A stretch of DNA of 32,000 nucleotides from Candidatus Arthromitus sp. SFB-mouse-Japan (GTDB taxonomy: Bacteria; Bacillota; Clostridia; Clostridiales; Clostridiaceae): the NCBI RefSeq assembly GCF_000270205.1, contig NC_015913.1, forward strand, positions 120,001 through 152,000, given 5' to 3'. The translations under genes and the position numbers were made by a program. This document shows positions 13,877 to 21,814 of this stretch, piece by piece. The notes below the pieces were generated by a model. The model was not told the origin of the DNA. It was given only the letters and a program-made list of their open reading frames with translations, and ran no database searches. Numbering within the stretch: the stretch's first letter is position 1; every line of letters starts with the position of its first letter.

Positions 13877-15265
13877 TTGGACAAAAGAATTGTAGAGCTT
13901 GATATAGCAAGGTGGAGGACAAGTCTTAAACGTAAGATAATGATTGATGGAGAAAGGTATTATAGAGGAGATCATGATATTTTAAGGCGTAAGAGGACTG
14001 TCATAGGGGATAACGGAGATCTTAAAGAAGTTGATAATCTACCTAATAACCGTATTGTAGATAATCAGTATAAAAAGATGGTTAACCAGAAGGTTGATTA
14101 TTTACTTGCCAAGCCTTTAACTCTTGAATGTGACAATAAAAAATATTTAAGTTTGCTTAAAACAATTTTTAATAAACGATTTCAAAGGATTTTGAAAAAT
14201 GTTGCCGAAGATGCCCTTAATTGTGGTCTAGGTTTTTTATTTGTCTATTATGATGATCTTGGAGAGCTTAATTTTAAGAGATTTAAGCCCTATGAGGTTA
14301 TACCGCATTGGTTAGATGACGAGCATACTAAATTAGACTATTTAATTAGGTGTTTTAGCGTCGAGATTTTTGAAAATAATATGTATCGTTTAGTTGATAA
14401 AGTGGAAGTGTATTCTTCTAACGGGATTGATTATTATGAATATACAAATGGTAATTTAAAACCCGTTGAACCTTATCATAATAATTATTTTACACGAGTT
14501 GTAGATGGCGTGGAAAATCATTATACGTGGGATAAGATACCTGTCATATCTTTTAAATATAATCATAAAGAAATACCTCTTATTAAAATGGTCAAAACCC
14601 TTCAAGATGGGCTTAATCTCATCGAATCTAATTTTCAAAATCAGATGGAAGAGGACGCAAGAAATACAATCCTGATACTTAAAAATTATGATGGTGAAAA
14701 TCTAGGAGAGTTTAGACGCAACTTAGCTACTTACGGAGCTATTAAGGTTAGGACTGAGTCTGGAGCTGATGGTGGTGGAGTTGATGCCTTGCAGGTTGAA
14801 ATCAATGCAGATAATTATAGGACACTCTTAGATGTGTTTAAGAAAGCCATTATTGAGAATGCTATGGGTTATGATGCTAAAGATGAAAGACTCTCAGGTA
14901 CTCCTAATCAGATGAATATTTTATCTATGTATTCGGATATTGAATTAGATGCGAACTCTATGGAAACTGAGTTCCAAGCCTCTCTTGAAGAATTATTGTG
15001 GTTTGTTAATGTGCATTTTGGACTTAAGGGATTAGGTAATTACGATAGCAGTATAGTTGATATTATTTTTAATCGAGATATTTTAATATCTGAGAGCGAT
15101 GTAATTGATAATTGTGTTAAATCGATAGGTATTTTATCCAATGAAACTATATTATCTCAACATCCTTGGATATCTGATGTTGATTTAGAGCTTAGGAGAC
15201 TTGATGAGCAAAAACAGATGGAGTTAGATTCTTTTGGATTTGGAGAAACTCCTGAGGATGAATAA
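13877..15265 (+). CDS. Portal protein (SPP1 gp6-like)
   Basis: MIDGERYYRGDHDILRRKRTVIGDNGDLKEVDNLPNNRIVDNQYKKMVNQKVDYLLAKP matches the SPP1-type portal N-terminal signature. TTG start, with GGGAGGGA upstream. Confidence 0.92.
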   Translation: MDKRIVELDIARWRTSLKRKIMIDGERYYRGDHDILRRKRTVIGDNGDLKEVDNLPNNRIVDNQYKKMVNQKVDYLLAKPLTLECDNKKYLSLLKTIFNKRFQRILKNVAEDALNCGLGFLFVYYDDLGELNFKRFKPYEVIPHWLDDEHTKLDYLIRCFSVEIFENNMYRLVDKVEVYSSNGIDYYEYTNGNLKPVEPYHNNYFTRVVDGVENHYTWDKIPVISFKYNHKEIPLIKMVKTLQDGLNLIESNFQNQMEEDARNTILILKNYDGENLGEFRRNLATYGAIKVRTESGADGGGVDALQVEINADNYRTLLDVFKKAIIENAMGYDAKDERLSGTPNQMNILSMYSDIELDANSMETEFQASLEELLWFVNVHFGLKGLGNYDSSIVDIIFNRDILISESDVIDNCVKSIGILSNETILSQHPWISDVDLELRRLDEQKQMELDSFGFGETPEDE

Positions 15266-16841
15266 TTATTGGAAAGATAGATTTCTTTCCTTAGAAAAAG
15301 CATCCCATAAAATAGGTGTTGAAACTTATAAAGAGATAGAAATTGCATTTGATAGAGCTCAAAGAGAGATAGAAAAAGAGATTGAATCCTGGTATGGTAG
15401 ATTTGCTAAAAATAATAATATCGATATGGTTGAGGCCAAGAGAATCCTAAATACAAAAGAGCTTAAAGAACTTAAGTGGGATGTTAATGAGTACATAGCA
15501 AAGGGACGAGAAAATGCAATTAATCAGAAATGGATGAAAGAACTAGAAAACGCATCTGCTAGATTTCATATAAATCGACTTGAAGCTTTAAAACTTAGGA
15601 TGCAACAATCTGCTGAATTAGCTTTTGGCAATCAACTAGATTTAGTTGATGGCTTAGTTCATAAGGTATTTACAGAGAATTATTACCGGAGTATATTTGA
15701 AATCCAAAAAGGGTTCAATGTAGGTTTTAAGGTTTCTGAGATTGATGATAATTTACTCAATAAAATAATATCTAAACCTTGGGCTAAAGATGGTAAAACT
15801 TTTTCTGAGAGAATATGGGGATCTAAGGATAAATTAATTAATGAGCTGCATGCTGATTTAACTCAGAATGTTTTATTAGGCAAACCACCTAAGGATCTTA
15901 TAAATAATCTTGTTAAAAAATTTAATACAACTAAAGCTAACGCTAGCAGGTTGGTGATGACCGAGCTAGCGTTTTTTCATACAGTTTCGCAGAGGGATGC
16001 CTTTAAGGAGCTTGGTTCTGAGCAATATACGATACTAGCAGTACTTGATAATAAAACATCCTTAGTTTGTCAAGATTTTGATGGTAAGGTATTTGATACA
16101 AAGGATATGTCTATTGGTATAAATGCACCTCCTTTCCATCCTAATTGCAGGAGTGTAATCTTACCTTATTATGATGACGATTACGAGATTGGTGAGAGAA
16201 TAGTAAGTGGTGATGATGGTAAGTCAGTGTATTACGTGCCAGAAGATATGAATTATAAGGAATGGCATGCTAAATATGTTGATGGAGTTAGCGTTAAAGG
16301 AGTAAAGCCTCCTGAGAAGAATTATAAGACAATCTCTATTAGTGATTTAACTAGGTTCCAGGATTTAAGTAATTTGTGTTTCAAAGCGTTTATGGAAAGT
16401 GAAAAGGATACTTTACGATTTTATACAGATGATGGTTATAGTGTTATAAATGCCTCGCTTCAAAGTGGCGATATATCTGACGATATTTGGGATAAAGTTA
16501 AAAATATAGATGACTCTATAGAACGCTTTGAATTATCCGAAGATATAATAGTTTACAGGGGAACTAAGATGGATTATTATAAAGATGTTAAGGTTGGAGA
16601 TATAATTGATGCTAAAGTGTTTTATAGCACTTCGTTTTTAGAATATATAGCTCAGGATTTTGCCGATCAACTTAATAATCCAGTTATGTTAGAAATAAAG
16701 GTTCCTAGCGGCACTAAATCCCTTTACATAGGCTATAATAGTTCTGTAGGTGATGAAGCAGAATTATTACTCAGCAGGCATTTAAAATATAGAGTTTTGA
16801 AAATGGAACTTGGAAGATTATTTTTAGAAGTGGAGGAGTAG
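15258..16841 (+). CDS. Head morphogenesis protein (Mu F / SPP1 gp7 family) fused to a C-terminal ADP-ribosyltransferase (R-S-ExE, exoenzyme C3/Alt-like)
   Basis: Mu-F core: SERIWGS...RLVMTELAFFHT...LDNKTSLVCQDFDGKVF...PPFHPNCRSV. ART domain at about 16401-16838: YSVINASL, VYRG (Arg codon 16557-16559), YSTSF (S-T-S 16626-16634), DEAELLL (E-x-E 16755-16763). ATG 15258 overlaps the portal stop. Confidence 0.88.
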   Translation: MNNYWKDRFLSLEKASHKIGVETYKEIEIAFDRAQREIEKEIESWYGRFAKNNNIDMVEAKRILNTKELKELKWDVNEYIAKGRENAINQKWMKELENASARFHINRLEALKLRMQQSAELAFGNQLDLVDGLVHKVFTENYYRSIFEIQKGFNVGFKVSEIDDNLLNKIISKPWAKDGKTFSERIWGSKDKLINELHADLTQNVLLGKPPKDLINNLVKKFNTTKANASRLVMTELAFFHTVSQRDAFKELGSEQYTILAVLDNKTSLVCQDFDGKVFDTKDMSIGINAPPFHPNCRSVILPYYDDDYEIGERIVSGDDGKSVYYVPEDMNYKEWHAKYVDGVSVKGVKPPEKNYKTISISDLTRFQDLSNLCFKAFMESEKDTLRFYTDDGYSVINASLQSGDISDDIWDKVKNIDDSIERFELSEDIIVYRGTKMDYYKDVKVGDIIDAKVFYSTSFLEYIAQDFADQLNNPVMLEIKVPSGTKSLYIGYNSSVGDEAELLLSRHLKYRVLKMELGRLFLEVEE

Positions 16842-16844
16842 CAA

Positions 16845-17051
16845 ATGAGCAGAGCTTGGTTTGATATTACTGAGTATTTTAGGCAACGTGGGAAAAACTG
16901 GAGCAACTTGAATGATCAAGAGAGAGAGGTTTGGAGGGCTGCTTATAGAGAACAGTTTGGGAAAGAGTACAAACCTAGAACTCTTGCAGATCGTTGGGCT
17001 AGAGAGGATCTGACACCTACCATAATCCATAGAGAAAAGAGAGATTCGTAA
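16845..17051 (+). CDS. Hypothetical 68-aa Trp/Arg/Glu-rich protein
   Basis: The ORF begins 4 nt after the ART gene stop. Hand count gives 87 G+C in 207 nt (42%), versus 18/60 (30%) in a nearby line. No recognised domain. Confidence 0.5.
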   Translation: MSRAWFDITEYFRQRGKNWSNLNDQEREVWRAAYREQFGKEYKPRTLADRWAREDLTPTIIHREKRDS

Positions 17052-17083
17052 TATAAATATGATTGTGTATTGGGGTGGTAGTT

Positions 17084-17425
17084 TTGGCAAAAGATGATTA
17101 TTATGTGATTGTATATAAGCTTTTATCTTATTTGTATAGTTGTTTGAAAAAAGGCACATATGTAGACATTGAGAATCTAAGAGATGTTATAAAGGTAGAT
17201 ATAGTAGATTCGTATTGGAATTACATAATTCTAGAGTTATATAAAGAGGGATATATTGATGGAATTACTAAAATTAAATATATAGGTGATATCAATGAGA
17301 ATGTTAAAATTAACAAAAATATCAGAATTAAGCCTAAAGGAATTGAATTTTTAGAGAGCAATTCATTTGTTGCTAAAGCTAAAGAGTTTATAAAAGAAGC
17401 GGGGGAAATATTATTTTGGTTGTAA
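17084..17425 (+). CDS. YjcQ-family protein (winged-helix-like, function unknown)
   Basis: (M)AKDDYYVIVYKLLSYLYSCLKKG...YWNYIILELYKEGYIDGIT...IRIKPKGIEFLESNSFVAKAKEFIKE matches my recollection of phage YjcQ-family proteins. Preferred start is TTG 17084 after GGGGTGG; the ORF is open from 17063. Confidence 0.6.
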   Translation: MAKDDYYVIVYKLLSYLYSCLKKGTYVDIENLRDVIKVDIVDSYWNYIILELYKEGYIDGITKIKYIGDINENVKINKNIRIKPKGIEFLESNSFVAKAKEFIKEAGEILFWL

Positions 17426-17458
17426 ACACTACTAATTGATTCGGTAGTGTTTTAATTT
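17424..17458 (+). terminator. Hairpin terminator after the YjcQ-family gene
   Basis: AAACACTAC (17424-17432) pairs with GTAGTGTTT (17444-17452) around an 11-nt loop, followed by TTTTAATTT. Confidence 0.5.
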
Positions 17459-17485
17459 GATTAAATTGTGATATAATTATATGAT
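17457..17485 (+). promoter_or_regulatory. Candidate promoter of the Panacea-domain gene
   Basis: TTGATT (17457-17462), 17-nt spacer, TATGAT (17480-17485). An alternative extended -10, TGaTATAAT, lies at 17469-17477. Confidence 0.45.
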
Positions 17486-17510
17486 ACTTGTTTGCAGAAG
17501 GAGGTTTGTT

Positions 17511-18188
17511 ATGAGAGGTGTTATGGAGTATGCAAAGTATTTTATGCAAAAGGCTACTGGGTTAGATAATACTCTTGATGGTAATATGAAATTGCAAAAA
17601 CTCTTAACGTTTGCTAATTTAATAAATATCGCTCTAAACGATGAACCTTTATTTAGTGAGACAATGCGAGCATTTAAGAATGGATGTGTAATAGAAACTG
17701 TACGTTTAAATTACCGTGAATGCTATCAATCTTTGAAAGAGGCTAGTAAGACATTTAAACCTAATTTTTCAAATTCGGAATTTGAAATTTTAGATTTGAC
17801 TTTAGGTATATTTGATAAGCTGTCTGCAAAAGAATTATCGAATTTAAATCATGAGTTTGAGTTTTGGGAAAATGCTTATAAAAGATATAAAAGTACCAAT
17901 GATAGCGTAGACTCAAATATAAGCGAAGATGAAATAAAAAATGAACTTCATGTGATAAAATCCATTATAGATAGTTACAAGAATAGAGATAATAGTATGC
18001 TTGTAGAGAGGGTTAATGGTATTGATTTTTTTTATGATCCTAAGAATTTAGATATAGATGGATTTGTTTTTGTATCCGGAGAAGAAGTAAGCATTTTAGA
18101 TGAACTTTATGAGTTTTCTTTGTCTGAAGAGGCTGAAGATAATTGTTATACTATTTATTTAGATGAAGGGGAGCTTGTTATATTTTGA
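17511..18188 (+). CDS. Panacea (DUF4065 / GepA / SocA-like) domain protein with an unrecognised acidic C-terminal domain
   Basis: ATG 17511 lies 6 nt after AAGGAGG. The N-terminal EYAKYFMQKATGLDNTLDGNMKLQKLLTFANLINIALNDEPLFSETMRAFKNGCVIETV fits the KLQKLLYfa...lf.e.f.Aw..GPV pattern of the family. The C-terminal ~95 aa are D/E-rich with no recognised motif. Confidence 0.7.
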   Translation: MRGVMEYAKYFMQKATGLDNTLDGNMKLQKLLTFANLINIALNDEPLFSETMRAFKNGCVIETVRLNYRECYQSLKEASKTFKPNFSNSEFEILDLTLGIFDKLSAKELSNLNHEFEFWENAYKRYKSTNDSVDSNISEDEIKNELHVIKSIIDSYKNRDNSMLVERVNGIDFFYDPKNLDIDGFVFVSGEEVSILDELYEFSLSEEAEDNCYTIYLDEGELVIF

Positions 18189-18266
18189 ATTTTAAGGATG
18201 AAATATTATTAAGATTAGATCAATATGAATTAGAACAAGCTTATATTGATTTAGGTATTGATTTTT

Positions 18267-18296
18267 AAACACTGTTTATTTAGCAGTGTTTTTTTA
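18267..18296 (+). terminator. Rho-independent terminator
   Basis: AAACACTG (18267-18274) pairs with CAGTGTTT (18284-18291) around a 9-nt loop, running into a T7 tract. Confidence 0.65.
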
Positions 18297-18384
18297 TGCC
18301 TTTTTGGTATTGTAGGCGAATAAAGAACAAGACAAAAAGAACTGGACTGAACCAGGTGAAAAATGATTTTGAAAGGATTTTACT

Positions 18385-18984
18385 ATGAAGAAAGATGATT
18401 TTTTAAAATTAGGGTTAGATGACGAAATAGCGAAAAAGTGTGAGGCTGCATCGCTTGAAGAACTTAAAGAGTATATACCAAAAAGTAGGTTTGACGAAGT
18501 TAATAGTGCTAAGAAGAAATTTGAATCTGATGTAAAAGATAGAGATAAACAATTGGAGGATCTTAAGAAATCTACAGGTAATATTGAAGATCTTAAAAAG
18601 CAGATTGAATCTTTACAAAAAGAAAATAAAGAGAAGGCTGAGCATTATGAATTAGAGATGCAAAAACTTAGAGTAGATACAAAAATAGAGTCTACCTTAT
18701 CTAATTTTGGTGCGAGGAATATTAGATCTGTTAAAGCATTACTTGATGGGGTTGATAAATTTAAATTTGACAAAGATGGAAATATTGAAGGGTTAGAGGA
18801 TCAGATTAAGCAAATTAAGAAATCTGATCCTTATTTATTTGCTAATAATGATACATCGTCTGTTAAAGGTGTAAAGCCTGTCGAATCTACAGCTGAGGCT
18901 AAATCAGTTGATGTAAATAATATGACGTACTCTGAGTTAGTGTCTTATATGTCTAATAACCCAGATTTTAAACTTAATAATTAG
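18385..18984 (+). CDS. Scaffolding protein (phage GP20-like)
   Basis: MKKDDFLKLGLDDEIAKKCEAA... followed by a long coiled-coil-like K/E-rich region (DRDKQLEDLKKSTGNIEDLKKQIESLQKENKEKAE). It lies immediately upstream of the capsid gene. Confidence 0.8.
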   Translation: MKKDDFLKLGLDDEIAKKCEAASLEELKEYIPKSRFDEVNSAKKKFESDVKDRDKQLEDLKKSTGNIEDLKKQIESLQKENKEKAEHYELEMQKLRVDTKIESTLSNFGARNIRSVKALLDGVDKFKFDKDGNIEGLEDQIKQIKKSDPYLFANNDTSSVKGVKPVESTAEAKSVDVNNMTYSELVSYMSNNPDFKLNN

Positions 18985-18992
18985 GAGGTATT

Positions 18993-20051
18993 ATGAGATT
19001 TGATTCAAAACTTTTTAATCCACAAGCATTTGGTAGTTATGTAGACCGTATACCAAATGTGACTAAAAATGAATTAGCAAGGAGTGTTGCAGTTGGAACA
19101 AATGAGCAAGCAGCGAGATCATTATCCACTCAAACAGGATCTTTATATACGAGAGTACCTTATTTCGGAAGGATAAGTGCTCAAACATCTCAAAACAATG
19201 ATGGTGCTACTGATATAACATCTACAAATACATCAACTTATTCTCAGGGATTTGTTGTTGCTAGCAGGATGGATGGCTGGACAGAGCGTAGTTTTAGTAA
19301 AAATATTACTGCAGGCGTTGATTTTATGGATAACGTTGCTAAGCAAATAGCAGATTATAAAATGGAAGTTAAGCAAAATATATTGTTAGCTATGCTTAAA
19401 GGTATTTTTTCTATGTCTGTTGGTACAAGTACAATAGAGGAGCAAGCGGCTAAAGAATTTATTGAAAAGCACACTTATGATTTAAGTGCTAAAACAGGTG
19501 ATGACAGCAAGGTTAGCTCATCCACTTTAAATAAAGCTATACAGCAAGCTTGTGGAGATAATAAAAATATTTTTAAACTCGTTATTATGCATTCCGAGGT
19601 GGCAACTAACTTGGAAAACATGAAGTTACTTAAATATATGACTCAAACAGATGCTAATGGTATTGAGAGGGAACTATCTCTTGGGACTTGGAATGGTAGG
19701 ATTGTACTAATAGATGATAATATGCCAGTTGATAGTACGACTAAAAACACACCTACGTATACAACTTATGTGCTAGGTGAAGGATCTATTATTTTAGATG
19801 ATATTGGTGATGCCTTACCTTATGAAATGTATAGAGACCCTAAAACCAAGGGAGGTCAGGATACGTTATATGTTAGAGATAGATTTGTTTGTGGAGTAGA
19901 CGGGATTAGCTTTGAAAAACCAGCTACGATAACTGCATCAGCTTCTAATACCGATTTATCTACAGGAGCTAATTGGTGTGTTATAAATGATGGCGTTAAA
20001 TCTATACCGCATAAAGCTATAGCAATCGCTAGAATTTTATCTAAGGGATAA
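18993..20051 (+). CDS. Major capsid protein
   Basis: 352-aa ORF directly after the scaffold gene, with RBS AGGAGG. Size and position are typical. The family was not resolved by eye. Confidence 0.75.
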   Translation: MRFDSKLFNPQAFGSYVDRIPNVTKNELARSVAVGTNEQAARSLSTQTGSLYTRVPYFGRISAQTSQNNDGATDITSTNTSTYSQGFVVASRMDGWTERSFSKNITAGVDFMDNVAKQIADYKMEVKQNILLAMLKGIFSMSVGTSTIEEQAAKEFIEKHTYDLSAKTGDDSKVSSSTLNKAIQQACGDNKNIFKLVIMHSEVATNLENMKLLKYMTQTDANGIERELSLGTWNGRIVLIDDNMPVDSTTKNTPTYTTYVLGEGSIILDDIGDALPYEMYRDPKTKGGQDTLYVRDRFVCGVDGISFEKPATITASASNTDLSTGANWCVINDGVKSIPHKAIAIARILSKG

Positions 20052-20057
20052 ACAGCT

Positions 20058-20438
20058 GTGTTAAATTTGGTAATTGAGAGATTAAATTATTTAAATTATA
20101 AGGTTACTCAGAGTGATCTCTATATTATTAAATTCCTAATCTTAAAAGAGGGAAATATTATTAGGATCGATTGCAATATAACTGATATACCTGAGGAGCT
20201 ATCTTATATTCTTGTAGATAGGATAGTAGGTGCTTTCCTCCGTGAGAAGAAAATTGTTGATCCTGAGAGCCTTATTGGTATTGATTTAGATACTCAAATT
20301 AAACAGATACAAGAGGGAGACACCAATATTACATTTAGCGATAAGTCTAAGACCCCTGAAGAGCGTTTTGATGAGCTGATTAACTATTTGGTTAATAAGG
20401 AGGTAGATTTAGCATGCTATCGCAGGCTCAGATGGTGA
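20058..20438 (+). CDS. Head-tail connector/adaptor protein (by position)
   Basis: 126-aa ORF after the capsid gene, in the usual gp6/gp15-like slot. GTG start. Confidence 0.45.
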   Translation: MLNLVIERLNYLNYKVTQSDLYIIKFLILKEGNIIRIDCNITDIPEELSYILVDRIVGAFLREKKIVDPESLIGIDLDTQIKQIQEGDTNITFSDKSKTPEERFDELINYLVNKEVDLACYRRLRW

Positions 20439-20788
20439 GAATAAGAAAAGCAAAAGAGATAATGTATATTGGTTTGTGTACCATCGTTGAATACCATAAG
20501 GTTAAGCAAGCAAACCAATCTACAGGATTTACTGAGGTAGCTGTGTTTGAGGATATACCTTGTAAGTTATCTTTTAAGAGTGCACCTAGCGTACTCGAGA
20601 GTGATAAGGCTTCGGCTTTAACTCAATCCATAAGCTTGATATTAGCTCCGGAGATTGAAATAAATCCTGGAAGTAAAATTATAGTGACTCAAAATGGAGT
20701 TACTAAGGCTTATAAAAATAGTGGAGTACCTGCTGTATATACGACTCACCAAGAAATAATGCTTGATATTTTTAAGGGGTGGAGCTAG
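20414..20788 (+). CDS. Head closure / head-tail joining protein (by position)
   Basis: 124 aa. AAGGAGG lies 9 nt upstream of ATG 20414. The size and beta-rich sequence are typical of SPP1 gp16-like proteins. Confidence 0.5.
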   Translation: MLSQAQMVRIRKAKEIMYIGLCTIVEYHKVKQANQSTGFTEVAVFEDIPCKLSFKSAPSVLESDKASALTQSISLILAPEIEINPGSKIIVTQNGVTKAYKNSGVPAVYTTHQEIMLDIFKGWS

Positions 20789-21195
20789 TGAGCGGATTTA
20801 ATTTTAATGATTTGATAGCATTGAGAGATAAGATGGGTAAGGCTCTAGCAGACACAGAAATTAACAACTGCTTATTAGATACAACCAAGGAGCTTGGAGG
20901 TAGACTTTATTCGGGTGCTGTACGAAATACAATCCATCGACCTAAAGGTACAGGTACTCTTAAGAGGGGTTGGAAATCTCAGGTTAATAGTGTTGCAAAT
21001 AACAAGTGTAGTGTTGACGTGTTTAATAATGTACCTTATGCGATTTACGTTGAAAAGGGGCATAGGACTCGAAATCATAAAGGGTGGGTTGAAGGTCAAT
21101 TTATGCTTGAGAGGGCTGAAAATGAAGTTAAAAAGGTTATGCCTCGGCTAGTTAAAAGTAAAATTGATAAGCTTTTAAAGGGAGGATTTAAGTGA
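20779..21195 (+). CDS. HK97 gp10-family tail-head connector protein
   Basis: TGTLKRGW...VFNNVPYAIYVEKGHRT matches the HK97 gp10-family signature (..YA.yvE.G.). Confidence 0.75.
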   Translation: MELVSGFNFNDLIALRDKMGKALADTEINNCLLDTTKELGGRLYSGAVRNTIHRPKGTGTLKRGWKSQVNSVANNKCSVDVFNNVPYAIYVEKGHRTRNHKGWVEGQFMLERAENEVKKVMPRLVKSKIDKLLKGGFK

Positions 21196-21620
21196 TAGTA
21201 AATAGTATTATAGATGCTATCTGCATTACTATTAACGATGAGTTTAGTGATGCTTATACGATATATACGGAATCTATAAAACAGGGTTTTGAAGAGCCCT
21301 GTTTTTTTATACACAATTTTAGTGCTACTAATAATTTGTTTTTGGGCAATCGGTATTTTCGTGAGTCTATGTTTTGCATAAATTATTTCCCTCTCGAAAT
21401 TAATAAGAAGAATAAAGAGTGCCATGATATAGCTGAGAGATTGTATGAGTGTTTGGAGTGGTTGGATGTTGGTGATAATTTGTTACGTGGTATAGGATTA
21501 AAGCATGATATTTTAGATGGAGTGCTTAATTTTTATGTTAATTACAATTCGTTTGAATATAAACCAAAAGGTACTACGCCGATGGGCGAGGTTGTGAAAA
21601 ATTTGAGAGTGAAGGAGTGA
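21192..21620 (+). CDS. Tail completion / tail terminator-like protein (by position)
   Basis: 142-aa ORF with a GTG start after AGGGAGGA, in the slot preceding the sheath gene in PBSX-like clusters. Confidence 0.4.
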   Translation: MIVNSIIDAICITINDEFSDAYTIYTESIKQGFEEPCFFIHNFSATNNLFLGNRYFRESMFCINYFPLEINKKNKECHDIAERLYECLEWLDVGDNLLRGIGLKHDILDGVLNFYVNYNSFEYKPKGTTPMGEVVKNLRVKE

Positions 21621-21624
21621 TAGT

Positions 21625-21813
21625 ATGGACAAGAAAAAGATCAAGGAGCCAGAAGAAATCGAAGTTGCATTTAGTAAGGAACAAATTTTAAAAAGTTCCC
21701 GGTACGTAGATAAGAGAGATATCTTAAATGCTTTATTAGAGGATGATAAAAGGTATAAACTCAAAGAGGTAGATACGTTTATTAGTGATTTTTTAAAGAA
21801 AGAGGTGATTTAG
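21625..21813 (+). CDS. Small hypothetical structural-module protein
   Basis: 62-aa ORF tightly packed between neighbouring genes, with RBS GGAGTG. Confidence 0.45.
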   Translation: MDKKKIKEPEEIEVAFSKEQILKSSRYVDKRDILNALLEDDKRYKLKEVDTFISDFLKKEVI

Positions 21814-21814
21814 T

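Noticed and set aside
18185-18268. 27-codon TTG ORF (MNFKDEILLRLDQYELEQAYIDLGIDF) overlapping the Panacea gene stop; considered as a mini-toxin partner
   Set aside because: It has no RBS, a non-ATG start, no hydrophobic or basic character typical of small toxins, and its 3' end runs into the terminator stem. It is not supportable from sequence alone.
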